Below are positions 1 to 12,014 of a stretch of DNA of 64,000 nt, piece by piece. Numbering within the stretch: the first letter of the stretch is position 1; the number at the start of each line of letters is the position of its first letter. Source of the stretch: Moniliella sp. 'wahieum' (lineage: Eukaryota); the NCBI GenBank assembly GCA_003971905.1, contig RSEE01000046.1, forward strand, positions 310,001-374,000, given 5' to 3'. The notes beneath the pieces are model-generated. The model was not told the origin of the DNA, did not search any database, and was given only the letters and a program-made list of their open reading frames with translations. Made by a program: the position numbers and the translations under genes.

Positions 1-241
1 GGAGGGCAGCAGGCAAGAGGGCGGGAGGGACAGAGGCCAAGGTGGGACCAACGGGAAAGAAGAAGGGCTGGGCTGAGGCATGCACAGGAGTGGGGCACGG
101 GCACAGAAAAGACGCGGCGGGCAACAGGGAGGCGAGAAAGAGAAAGGTACGGAGCGGGACGCAACGGAACGGAACGGTCATGGAGAAAGCGAGACGGGAG
201 AAGAGGGCGGGAGCAGGGTGTTAATCAAACCAAACCAACCA

Positions 242-2701
242 CTACACTACGACGCCGAACCCGGCGCCTTCCTCAATAGCCAGCGAGAGCTTTTGTTCGA
301 GTGTGTCCTTGTCCGGGTAGGTGGCAGGTCGATACGGTTAAAGCACGTGTGAGATTTAGGCAGGGCATTGGTTCGCCTGACTTTTCAATGGTGAACCGGC
401 GAGGTCCGTCGGACCCTTGGAGGTCCTTGAACCCGTTGACGGGGATACGCGAGGTGCCCGTGACAATGTAGGAGACGGTTGCGCCGTTCGGCGGCCAGGA
501 ACGCACGCATTCCCAGAACCATTGTACCACCTCATCTTGTTCGAGAAGCCGCGGTAGTCGGTCCAGCGTTTCCAGTCTTCGCAGTCGATTTCCGACATGC
601 CGCCAATCAACAGTTCCAATTCGCGCTCGTCAAACACGTTGATCAGGTCTTGCGGAATGAGCTCGGTAAAGCCAGCGAGGAAAGCCTTGAACTGTTCCTC
701 GACACGCTTGCGAATACGGTAGTCCACCATCAAGTTGACGTACTCGGCCTTGTTCTCGTCCGTCACATCTTCCGTCTCTCCGCCTGGCTTGAGGGGCTCG
801 GTGAGGATCTCACCAAAGTTGTCGACGACCGTGGTGAACGTCTCTCTCGATAGCACCTTCGATCGGGTTGTCCAGCATCCACTGGAGCGAGCGGTAGTAG
901 TCCGCGTCCACACTCTCCATATCCTTCAGAGTAATCTTCTTCTTGAGGATCATCTTGTAGAACGAGACGATAAAGTACGCGTCGAGGAACGGCGATGGAA
1001 GATGGCCAGACCGACCACACGACCAATAAACTTAAAGTAGTTCAGATGCTCGGGATTGATGCCCGAGTGCGGGTTGATCTGGAGCGTGTAGTTGTCATGC
1101 GCCGAGTACTCAAACAGACCATAGAAAGGGTTGAACATTTCGTGCGACAAGAAGAAGAACTCGCGCGATAGACCACCATAGTCCAGACCATCTTCACCGT
1201 CAAACTTGATCATCAACCGTTTCTTGAGATCGTTGGGCTGTTGCCGCATAATCTCCGCATACGAATCTTCGAAAATGTTGGTCCGACGTACCTTCATGTG
1301 GCACTGCCCAGGAATCGGACGCAAGGCCGGCTGAGAACGGAAGTAAATCAGCTTCCGACGGAAGTCGCGCTTGTACTGCGGCACGTTCTGGTCCAAGCTC
1401 GACGGCAAACGCGGGTCATCCCACGTGGTGGTCTTGGTGTTGTGGTCCACAAAGTACACACGCGCCGTCGCCGTCAAGCGCATTTCCCACCACTCGGCAG
1501 CGGGCCCAATTGGGACACCGACTGCGGCTGCACCGTCAGACGGTTGCGATCCGGCCGAGAACACGGAGCAGTTGCTGCCTCCGGGGATCGACCCAGGTGG
1601 TGGTACGAGTGTTGTGGTCAACAAAGTAAGTCCGGCCCTCGGGGTGGTACGTGCTCCCAACCACTAGGAAGCGGGCCCGAACCAGACGACGTTCCGTTGC
1701 CCGAAGCAATAGCTGCCCCAGACGAGGTCGAGGATGCACCCCCATTGTCCACACCCAGCATGTCGTCGGGCAGAGCACGGTTAAAGTTGCGCTCGCGCTC
1801 CGCCGCGCCTCCGTTGCGCGCGCCGCATCGTTAACGCTCGCATTCGTCGACGGCCGGTTCCAGGTGGTGGTGCGGGTGTTGTGGTCACATAGTACGTACG
1901 GCCCAGTTGGTCAATCCGCCTCTCCCACCCCAGAGGCAGGGCGCCGTACTCATCTGAGCGTGGATCTGAGTACGGGGGACGGACGAGTCAGCGGCCGAGC
2001 ACCAGTCGCAGCCGCAACGGCAGGCGGGGCAGTAGCAGGGGCCGCGCTGGAGGTAGCGACGGCGGCGGCGGGAGTGTATCGCTCGTGTCGCGTCCGTTGG
2101 CGCCCGACGCACGACGGCTGGTGGGTTGGCTAGTGCCAGTTGCCGCAGACGTGTCGGCAGAGGTGGAGGTGACAGGTTCGGTGGACCCGGTGGTGGCAGC
2201 GGGGGCATTGAGGTTGGTGTTGAGCTCAATATGAGCTTGCCGTGAACAACGAGGTTGTCGTTCGACTTGCGCAGATCGCGGGTCAAAACCTTCTTGCCTC
2301 CCAGTTCGAGGTCGATGAACTCGCTGACCTTGATGTTGGCCACGCCGAGAAAGCCCTGGTCGCGCTTCTTGAACTTTTTGTGGTCAAAGATCTGGATGGT
2401 GAGGATGGATGCCTCGGTCACGTTGCTGCGTGGTGGTAGTGGTGGGGGGAGGGCACGCGGGTCAGGAGGGGTTCGGTGGTGGCGAGAGCAGAGCGCATAC
2501 GTACACAACAAACGAGTCGTTCCAGTAGGGGTTGAGGGACTTTTTGATGGGCTGGGTGGTCTGGGTCTGCTCGCCGTCGACGGTGACGATGGCAAAGGGG
2601 TCGGGGAGGCGGAAGACGTCGCGCTTGGCCAGGCCATCGGCAGCCAGGACGGTGACGCGGATCTTGCGCAGCGAGCTGGAGGGGTTGCGGGGGTTGACCA
2701 T
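242..2701 (-). CDS. RSP5: NEDD4-family HECT E3 ubiquitin ligase (C2-WW-WW-WW-HECT)
   Basis: C2 domain ([27 protein letters not shown]), WW motifs ([37 protein letters not shown]) and HECT domain ([26 protein letters not shown]...[13 protein letters not shown]). ATG at 2701, intron 2426-2504 (GTACGT..CTGAC..CAG), stop at 242-244. Split over several ORFs by 1-nt deletions. Confidence 0.97.
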
Positions 2702-2818
2702 AGCGGTGGTCGGGCGGGGGGAGATGGTGGCGAAGACGAGGCACAGCCGTTGGCCAGCAGCAGCAGGGCGCCTGGGCCGACGCATGATGCGTCACCAGGT
2801 TTGGTTCAGCCTGAGCCG

Positions 2819-2885
2819 GCTGGTGCCTGCTGGGCGCTGGTGCCTGCTGGGCGCTGGTGCCTGCTGGGCGCTGGTGCCCGCTGGC
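2819..2885. repeat. 17-bp tandem repeat (GCTGGTGCCTGCTGGGC) x~4 upstream of RSP5
   Basis: Three exact copies and one degenerate copy read directly from the sequence. Confidence 0.9.
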
Positions 2886-3129
2886 GCTGCGGGCTGGGGC
2901 CGCCCGAGTGGCTTAGGTCAGCCGAGCAGCTGCACCCGGCGCACGACGGCGCACAGGGGCAGTGTGCGTCGTCTTGCAACTTTGCACCAGCGCAGCACAC
3001 TGGCGCCCGGCCTGCGCATCCATCGGCCTACACTGGCCGCGTGCGACGGTGGGGAGAGGGGGGGCCCGGCGGTGGGCTGCACACTGCCCCCCCTGCCCTG
3101 CTCGGCCACACCTGCCCGCCGCTCTCGGG

Positions 3130-3245
3130 TGACGCGTGACGCGTGACGCAGCGTGTCCCACGTTGAAACCAGCAAGGAGCACAGCAGAGCACCATCGATG
3201 CGTAGCCTTGCGTAGCCTTGCGTAGCCCCGCGCAGCGCGTAGCCC
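3130..3245. promoter_or_regulatory. Tandem (TGACGCG)x3 containing two ACGCGT (MCB-like) cores, followed by 10-bp GCGTAGCCTT repeats
   Basis: TGACGCGTGACGCGTGACGCA at 3130-3150 and GCGTAGCCTT x2 plus variants at 3200-3245, about 430-540 bp upstream of the RSP5 ATG. Regulatory function is inferred only. Confidence 0.35.
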
Positions 3246-5564
3246 TTTCCCGCTAGGGAGATGACGCTGATCACCGACCACTTGCGATCGCTGATCCGCT
3301 TTTCCCCCGATGACCCGATGACCCGATCAGCAGCCTAACTCCGAGCGGCGGAACGGGGCGGAAAGGGGCACGCACCAACACCAAGCGTTCTCCCTGCCCC
3401 CGAGACACGCTTCCAGCTGATGCACGTTTCCTGCTCTACGACCATCCGCCCTTGGCCGTTCCTACGTCCGCCATCGCGCTGGCCTCATCACAATCCCCCC
3501 GGTTCTTCTACAAAACAAGCCCGTCCAGTGGGAGCACGTAAGGTGCGTAACGAATAACGAGTAATCCACAGTTTGCTACACGACTGAGGCTGTGTGCTCC
3601 TCCCGCTCAGCTGGCGGTCTTTGCAGGATGCTCTCCTGGGCAGGAGCAGGCAGGAGCCCGAGTAATCATCAACGCCGTCAGTGCTCAGTACTCAGTGTAA
3701 TCCACAAAAGGGCCGTCGCGGCGACGGAAAGCAGACGATGGTCAATGCGGTTGCTGAGGCTATGCAGCGGTGAGGCTTGCTGGGGGCTGCTCCACAAGCA
3801 TAACCGGTAACCGGTAACCAGAGTAACAGTAAGCAGTTAGGATTACCGAAGGGTTACATGCGTAGCCTGCGTAACTAGGTAGCTCGTAACGCCTAACTCG
3901 CGCATAACCGGTAGGGAAGAAATGACGGGAACTGCCGGGCTAGGAACGGGATTTAGGCGCAGCTCGTCCGGAATCATTAATCAGTACTCAGTCTGAGTAC
4001 TCAGTGCCCGTGCGCACAAGCATGCTAGTGGACCATGGGGCCTTGGAACCGAGTCTTGGAAATAAGGCGGGCGTGTTTGAAGCTTGAAGCTTCCATAGCA
4101 TTTGTGCAACTTGGTAGAAAGTCGTGCAGGGACCATTGTGCCCGTCTGGCCCCGGCCTTCCTCTCGTCGCTGAGCCACTCACTACTTGAGATGCAGTGGT
4201 GCTGGAAAATGCGCCGAGAAGCGCCTTGCCGGACCGGCGTGTGGACCGGGTTAGGATGAATACCGTACCTGGTCCCGTTCCACGGTGTAAAGTGCGTGAT
4301 TTCCAGGGGGGCGTCGAGAGTCTTGCTATATATGCTCCTCGATCGCGATGTGAAAGGTGTGGGCGCAAGGTGCACGGCGGAGTGTATTTTTGGAGAACAT
4401 TGCGAGAGGGGGTGGGGGAGAATGTCGGGAAGATTACACGGATTGCATCCACGTATCTAAACGTTTGGCCGCTGACATGTGACACGAACGCCACGCTTGA
4501 GTGCATGCATGCACGAACGCAAGGCAAAAAATGGGCGATGGTTAATGGAGGCGCATGCGCACGTGACAGAATGGGCTTGAACGTTTGAAGGGTGAAGCTT
4601 GAAGCTTGAAGATTCAAGTTGAGTGCTGTGTAATGCATGTAAGAGGCGCACGTGTGCTGAGGCTGGCTGAGGCGCTGAGGCGGGCGGCTGAAAAAAATGC
4701 GAGGCAGCACCCGAGGCGGCGGGCGTGGGCGTGCGGGGTGGGGACGGGGCCAGTGTGGGGTTCGAAACTTGGCGTGGGTGCGGGAAGCGAGGCGGTGCTG
4801 GGGCGGCTGGGGCGCGGGAGTGGGCGGTGCGAGGCGAGCCGTGGTGGATGTGGGATGAGATCTGGGATGTGGGCAGATGCAAGCGGCTGGATGGCGCAAA
4901 CCATGCGCCAAGTGCGCCGAGTGCGCCGGCAGGGCAGAGGGCGAGCCAGGGCAGCATGCCAGCGCGTCTGCCTCGGGGAGGCAGGGCCATGCACCGGCAT
5001 GCTCGGGGGGCGACGGCCATGGTGTCATCGCCCAGGGCCTCAGCCCAGCAATGCGTGGCACAATGGAAACTGGCCTGCCCCTCGCCTGCGCCATCCAACA
5101 TCCCCCGTCGAGCATCGCCCATCTTGCATCTGCGCCCGAAAAAAAAAAATGGGGCACGGCGGGTGTGGTGCAGCCGGACGACGCGGCACGCGGCACGGCA
5201 GAAGCAGCAGCAGCAGACCGCAGCGCGTCTCGCGCCGGGTCAGATCTCAGATACACAGACAGCCCATGTGGCGCCGTCGCAGCCGCCGCAGCCTGCCCAG
5301 CGAGCATGGCGCCTGGGGCGCCGCCAGCCTGCGCTATACGCCGCCGGCCGCTGGTTAATGAGATCGGAGAGCAACGTGTCGTGCTTGCGCTCTTCTCCGG
5401 CTTCTCCAGGCAGCCACCTCAGTAATCATTTCGTCCTCTCCTCATCCCCATCCTCCACCCTCGTCTGTCTCCACCACCCCTCCCTTGCCGTGCCACGTCC
5501 TCCCCAGCCTGGCAGCTACGCTCCCCGTCCCCACACAGGAAACGCAGCATCCATCCGTCGCACC

Positions 5565-7102
5565 ATGCCCCGCGAGCCAGAACGCGGTCGCAGAGCCAAC
5601 CCCAAGCCGCTTCTCGCTGCCTCGGCCGACGGTGATGCCGACGCAGCCGCCCTCTGGTTTGCCGACGATTCCTGTGCTGTCTGTGCTGGCCCCGTCGCAC
5701 CCGGCAGTCTCTTCTGCAGCGCTGAATGCCGCCAGCGCGACCACAGGGCCCCTCCGCTCCCCTCTGCGTTTGCCCTTCGCCATGACCACGCCGAGTCACC
5801 AGCCTTGCTTGCCTCGCCCCAACCCTTCCACCATCCGCCCCAGGCGCCTCCTTCAATGCGCTCCCCTTCCCCCGCATTGTCGGCGACCACACGTCGGGCC
5901 ACCGTCCTGCCTTCCGCCACCGCTCCCACTCCCTCTTCCACTCCTCTTGCGCCACAGCCCCACCCGCCCCGCCGCAGCTTTCCACCGCGCTCGCCCGAAC
6001 CACACACCATGCCCAGCGGCAGTCCAAGTGGCAGTGATGTCGAGTCGGAGCAGTCACCCGGCACGCCCTCGCCTCGCTTGGCTTCGCTCCGGTCGCCTAC
6101 CATGCGCTTTGCTCGCAAACCCGGGGCGACCAACATGCCTGCTCCCGTGCTCCTCGCCAGTCCTGCCTTGACAGCGACCACACGCCGGGCACCCGTGTCT
6201 GCCAGCACCACGCCTGCGTCACCGTGGATGATTGTCGACCACCCATCTCGTCCCTCACCGTGGCATGCGCCGCACCAAGCGCCGTCCCACCCGCACCCTA
6301 CCATTCTTGAAGATTCCGACTCGGATGCAGCGTCGTGCATCTCGGGCTTTGACCTGGGCCCGGCAGCCGGTACGAAAGAGACGGGATTGGTGGAACCCAT
6401 CAAAGCGTCTTGCTCCACCTCGGTGGCCTCGGTGGCCTCAGTGGCCTCCGTCACCAGTGGTGCAGCACCTGCCATCCGCCCCCCTACTTCAGTCACTGCC
6501 ACCACGGTCCTCACGGTGGCCCATGTTCCTCCCCACTCCCCTCCTAGCCAAGACCCGCTTCTTGCCCTTCGCACTGCGCTCAACAAGACCTGCATTGGCA
6601 GTACCAACTTCTCCTCCGCGGCCCATCCTGGTCCTGAGGAGCGGCACCAGCGGCCGCTCCCTGCGCACGCAACTACCGATCTCGCTACTACGTTCGTCGA
6701 GCGCGGCCGGCAGGCGAGACCTCCCCCCCCCGTGGCCGGCTGGCAAGGCCGTCTCCCCTGACCATGGTCGCAGCTACGCCCCGCTCGACGCGGTACCTCG
6801 TCCGATCCCGATATGGACAGCGCCAACGCGTCTTGCCTGACCGAGGAGGGGAGCGTTGGCGTGGCCGGTCCCCAACTCGGTTTCCACGCTCCAGTTCTCG
6901 CCGTCGCTCGCCATCGCCTCCGCGCCGCGGGTCTCGTCGTCACGCTTCCGACACACGCGATCCGTCTCGCTTCGTCCTGGGGTCCAACGGGCTAGGCCTT
7001 GCACCCACCAACGCTGCTGATGGTGCGTTGGCGCGGGGGTGGGCATGGGGCGCGAAAGTACACGTACAAGTCCAAGTACAACAGCGGCGAATGCGAATGT
7101 GA
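5565..7102 (+). CDS. Ecl1/2/3-like zinc-binding protein with long Pro/Ser-rich and Arg/Ser-rich disordered tail
   Basis: ATG at 5565 (caccATG). Motif CAVC-x9-FCSAECRQRD resembles the Ecl1-family CxxC...YCSxxC..D. The ORF stops at 6761 but probably continues via a frameshift (poly-C near 6723) into the RS-rich frame 6764-7102. The 3' end is uncertain. Confidence 0.65.
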
Positions 7103-7148
7103 ATGCGAATGCGAATGTGAATGTGAATGCGAATGTGAATGCGAATGC
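7089..7148. repeat. Hexanucleotide microsatellite (GAATGY)x10
   Basis: Read directly. It produces the spurious ECECEC/HSHSHS/IRIHI ORFs. Confidence 0.95.
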
Positions 7149-9651
7149 GGATGCTGTGCCGAGCCACGACGGAGAACGGTTTGTGCGCCGGCTCCTAGTC
7201 GGGGGACGGTTGGCTTGACGGAGCGGTCCAACAGCCGGGTACCTTGTTCGCCTTCTTCCTCGTCCGTCTTGGGCCGTCGTCGCGCGCTCTCGCTGCATCT
7301 CATTCGTGGAGCCCACCCGACTCCGCTCCGGATCCAGCCGCACGGAGCCTGAGCGCGTGAGGCATGTGAGCATGTGAGCGTGTGAACGTGTGTGCTCCCC
7401 AAGCCTTACTGCTGCCACCGCCTTTGCCCACTTTGGCACGACGTTGCGCTGCCAGTTTGTCTAGTGTCTGTCCTGTTGCATTCTGATCGTTCGCTTCCGA
7501 TCCCTCTGCACTTCAAAACGCGTTCCCTTCCCTTCCCCATCTACATTACATTACATACCTTCCCTGCATGACCTTGCCCCCTCCCCATTCTCCCTTCTTC
7601 CTCCTTTCTCCTTTCTCCTTCTCTACTCTACTCTACTTTACTCTACTCTACTCTCACCTCTCCTATATCCTACCCTCCCAGGGAGTGTCCTGAGTGCGAA
7701 GCTCTGTGCGCCTTGTAGCATCCTCCTGAGGCGCATTCTATCCTTTTCCCCCACTTTTCTCTCTCCTGCATTCTCACCGTCCGGTGGGACTCGTTCTGCA
7801 TACGAAACAAAAGCCTGTATTCGACGTCCGCGAGTAATCTCAATGAACCTGGGGACTGCAACGATACGATATCTCAGCTGCACCACTACCATCTTGTCGT
7901 GCATGTAGCATGTAGCATGTAGCTTTGAGGCCATTGGCGCTATAGGGAAGTCAAAGAAAAATATATACACTGCTTGCTTCGACGAAGGCGAATTGCGGCG
8001 AATGGTTTTCAGTATTTTGGAAGATGAAGTCTGCATTCCAGCCCAAATTTTCGCTGGTACCGAGTTTGTCCTCGTCTCCCGTCTGTGGCGCAGATCCTGG
8101 AGAAACAGTAATCATTAATCATGCATCATTGCATCAGCATCGCATCCTGCATCCTGCACCGCTCGTGCATCAAGCATCGTTCATCGAACCGTGCATCCGC
8201 CATCTCCGAGATGGCAAACCCAAAATTTATCCCAGATAGCATGCCATCTCCGTTTTTCTCTGCTCTCCGCTCTCCGCATGCGATACTCACGCATTACACA
8301 TTGATGCACATGTGTCACAGTGATAAGCACCGTGGAGGTGAGAGAGAGTTCCACCTGGGCTCTTGTGAAACGCCCACAGTTTCGCGACGCCGCACGCCAT
8401 CTCCGACCTCAGCCTCAGCCACAGATACCTCAGCCTCAGCAGAGCCCATTAATCATTCTCGACATTACGATCGACATTGACATTGACCTCAATCATCTCA
8501 TTCATCCTTGCAGCATGCATCAGGCATCACGAATCGACCAGCGTCTGATAAGCCTAGCGCTAAGCGGCTGCTTGAGACAGCTTGCGCCCGCTTGCGCCTC
8601 TTGATTAAAGATGGTGAGCTTTGCGCCACGATTTGAAACCGAGGCTGCAGCTGCATGGACTTGGCAAGGCGTTGTGATCATGTGACATGTGACATGTGGC
8701 ATGTGACATGTGATTCATGATAGGCGGGTAGGATGACGCGTGACGCAGAGGGATGTGATTCTGATCAATGATCGATGTCGATGATCGAATGGGCCAACCA
8801 AGAACAAACAAAACTCCGAACGACCAGGCGAGCTCGTTCCTCCTGCTTCAGGGCTTCAGTCTTCAGTATACCAAAGGTACTCGATAACTAGTTGACTGCA
8901 TGTGATGCTACGGTGACAGGCGACATCACATTGCCAAGAAGCCTCATTGCCATGTCGTGTGGTCAGCGTCAACGCCGGAACGGCAGCCATCCGGCTCGAC
9001 ACAAACGTGGACAGCCGCAACGCCTTCGACTTCATAGCGTGCATTCGGTTGGGGCCGAGCGGTCTCAGTAAGGGCTAAGGGAAAGGGAAGCGGGGGGAGT
9101 AAACGTGCGTGATAAGATCGATAATTCGAGAACCCACAGGTCAGTTCTGAGAGGTGGGAGATCTGAGAGCCAACAGAGTGCAAAACAACTGAAGCCTGCA
9201 CTGCGAAGAAAATATACCGGAAATGGAACGTGCCCCGCATTGGAGTGCCGCGAAAGTGGAGACAGCTGCGCTTGGCAAACCATGGAGAGGTCATTTGCGC
9301 ACTAGAAAGAATCAATAACATATGAGAACCTCATTGGAGATGGTTCACCTGACGGCCTGAACGCTCATGCGTGTCTACCATGCTCATTCGTATCCACGCG
9401 CACGACATTCGGTAGGGAAGTGAATGTGGGTGGCAGAGGGTCCTGCCCTCCTAGCCTGCCGTGGTTGCTACGTGTGACTCTATATAGAGTTCTGGTTTCC
9501 GAATTGGGTAGCACCAACAAATAAAAAAGCACGCACCGAAAGAGGAAGGTGTCTGTACGGACAGCGTTTTTGCCCCAGTTTTAAGCCTTGCAAAAGTGAT
9601 GCAAATGAAACAGGATACGATAGTAGGACGCATGTGACACCACGAATGCAG

Positions 9652-9799
9652 AGGTGAAGGAGGGAGGGAAGGAGGAAGGAGGGGGAAGGAGGAGGAAGAG
9701 GGAGGGAAGGAGGAAGGAGGGAGGGAGGAGGAAGGAGGAGGGAGGGAAGGGGGAGGGAGGGAAGGAGGAAGGAGGGAGGGAAGGAGGAAGGAGGAGGGA
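9652..9799. repeat. ~145-bp polypurine (GGA/GGAA/GGGA) low-complexity tract
   Basis: Almost exclusively G/A on the + strand. Confidence 0.95.
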
Positions 9800-11920
9800 T
9801 AAGTACTGAGGGCACGGGCAGCGAGGTGGTTTCCAGCCACGAGCCGGCCAGCAGACTGGTGCCGGCTCGTAATAACGGAACAGGCCTGCCCCTTGGTCCC
9901 GCCTCAAAAAGAGACCTGGTCCCGTGGGCTCACACGGGGTAGCCATTGTATTTCCGGTATGCCCCTGGTGCCGGCAGATCGCCTCCTGATGGCGAGATTG
10001 TTTAGATGAGCAAGTGGGACGTGGTGGGTTCGCCGCGGCCGGGCTGTCGCCGAGCTGGACTGCCTCCTGGTGCACCCGCCTAGTGAGCCTGGTCACTGGT
10101 CAGGACCTAGACTTCCGACCGTTTCTCCATTTCATCGCCTTCCGTCGAGAAGATCAGTGCTGTCACGGGGCGGGCCCCGCCAAGGGGCATCCCCAGGCTT
10201 TGCGGGTACGATCCCTTAGGAGACGGTAGGTCGAATCACCGTAGTTTCGGACTTGGGCTGGTTGGTGGCTCCGAGCGGAGCTAGGGGAGAGGAGAGGTCT
10301 TTGGTGGGGCGGCTGCACGTGTGACAAGGCTGCGTCGGCACCGGCTTTTTGGCCCGTAGTAACGTGTCTGAAGCCTCCGGGACTTACGGTCGAGAGGAGG
10401 CAGCGGTGGGCAAAGACTGCCTTAACGGAGACCGCACAGAGACTTGAAATCAACGCGGCTGCAGGAAAAGGCTCGCGCGACTGGACTGATGGATTGCTGC
10501 CGGACGATGTCGGAAGAGGAGTCGGGATCTAACATAAGAGGAAGCTGTCTGTACTGGATCAATTGGCTGGAAAAGGGTAGGAGTCGGACGGGATAGGCGG
10601 GAAAGGACGAGAGAGTGAACGAAGTAGGACTGGAACCTGGTGCGCTCTCTTCGCTGGCCTTGAGCTGTGACGGTCCCCGCGCCTGTTGGCTAGCTGATCT
10701 ATCCTTCGGGGCCTGAGCCAGGGCACGCGTCCGATCCTCAGGGGGAACAGCTATGATTTACTTCTACTGTTGTGCCTGCCCCTGCCTGACACTTGACGCG
10801 CAAAGGCCTTTCAGACGCGCTCACATATGGTAAGTGCCCAGCTTGACACTCACTTATGTCAACGTGTGAGCTAGCACCGTAAGTCACCAGCAGCTCAAGT
10901 GAGTATAATAGTGCCCACTATGAGTACTCCAGCAAGTCGCGAATAGGCAAACTCAAAGTGGCGCTCTCGATTAATGACTAGACCATCGAGCACTGCTGCA
11001 GGGGGCTGGTAGTGTTGCGGCGTTAGACAGGTATTAGCTTGCCTATAGGCCCCTGGCGTGGCCCAGATTGGCCTGTGCGCACAGATTGGCTGCACCACAA
11101 GCGCGCCTCCTTTTAATCTCCTACTCCTCTGTGGTTGCATCCTGTCTCCTCACCACCGACCCTCTCATTGCGCCCATAGCAACTGGTATCCCATCTCTGC
11201 AGCCAGCACATCGCAGAGTGTTCTGTGCCAAGGCGCAACAGCTCCATTTCTTCCCCTGTCCACCAACATTACCATCGTTGCTGCCAGCACCGCCTGCTGC
11301 CCGCCTTCCTCGTCCCGCCCCATCGCTCGGTACTCTCCTCGCTGGTCTACATTGCTGCCGCACGTCTCCATTCCCTCTCCCGCCACAAACGTCCTCGTCT
11401 CGTCTGTATCGCTGTTGGGCGCCCCCTCTGCCCATGGCCCAGTCCCCCTCTCACTGTCTGCATTGCTTCTATTGTACGTGTTCTCTTGCCCGCCAGCACT
11501 CTGTTACTGACCCGGCCCTGCCGCCTACACAGACTCCCCCTCGAGGGCCATCTTGTCCTCGTTTCACCTGTTGGTCTGCAGCGCCATTGTACGTGTCCGC
11601 TTCCTCCGCATTCCCCTCGCTTCTGCTGACCTTGTGGGCGCATGCGTGCTGTGCATGCACCCTTTCGCTCGCCTTCGACGCGCCCTTGTCCGTCTGCTCA
11701 CTTTGGCTGTCTCGCTCGCATGGTTTGCCTCGCTTGTGGTCCTCTCGCTTGGCTGGTCTGCCTTGCCATCGTACGTCTTCCGTCCTTCGCGCTTGGAGTT
11801 GTTCTGCCACTAACACTGTCTGCCCAGTTGTGCATGCACGGAATCCCATGGTTTGGTCATCTCGCCTTATTCGCCTCGGACAGCCCGGAGGGTACCTGCC
11901 CACGGGAATAGGCCTCCGTT

Positions 11921-12014
11921 GTGTCGCCCGAGCACTCTACGGTCTAATGCCTCAAGTGTCGCGCCCGAGCACTCTACGGTCTAATGCCTCAAGTGTCGCG
12001 CCCGAGCACTCTAC
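11921..12014. repeat. 37-bp tandem repeat x2.6 (GTGTCGCGCCCGAGCACTCTACGGTCTAATGCCTCAA)
   Basis: Copies at 11921-11955 (2 nt shorter), 11956-11992 and partial 11993-12014. No spacers. Confidence 0.95.

Noticed and set aside
6940..7402. Cys/Glu- or His/Ser-repeat proteins (ECECEC, HSHSHS)
   Set aside because: They are translations of the (GAATGY)n microsatellite.
11921..12014. CRISPR array (37-bp repeats)
   Set aside because: Copies are head-to-tail with no unique spacers, there are no cas genes, and the context is eukaryotic.
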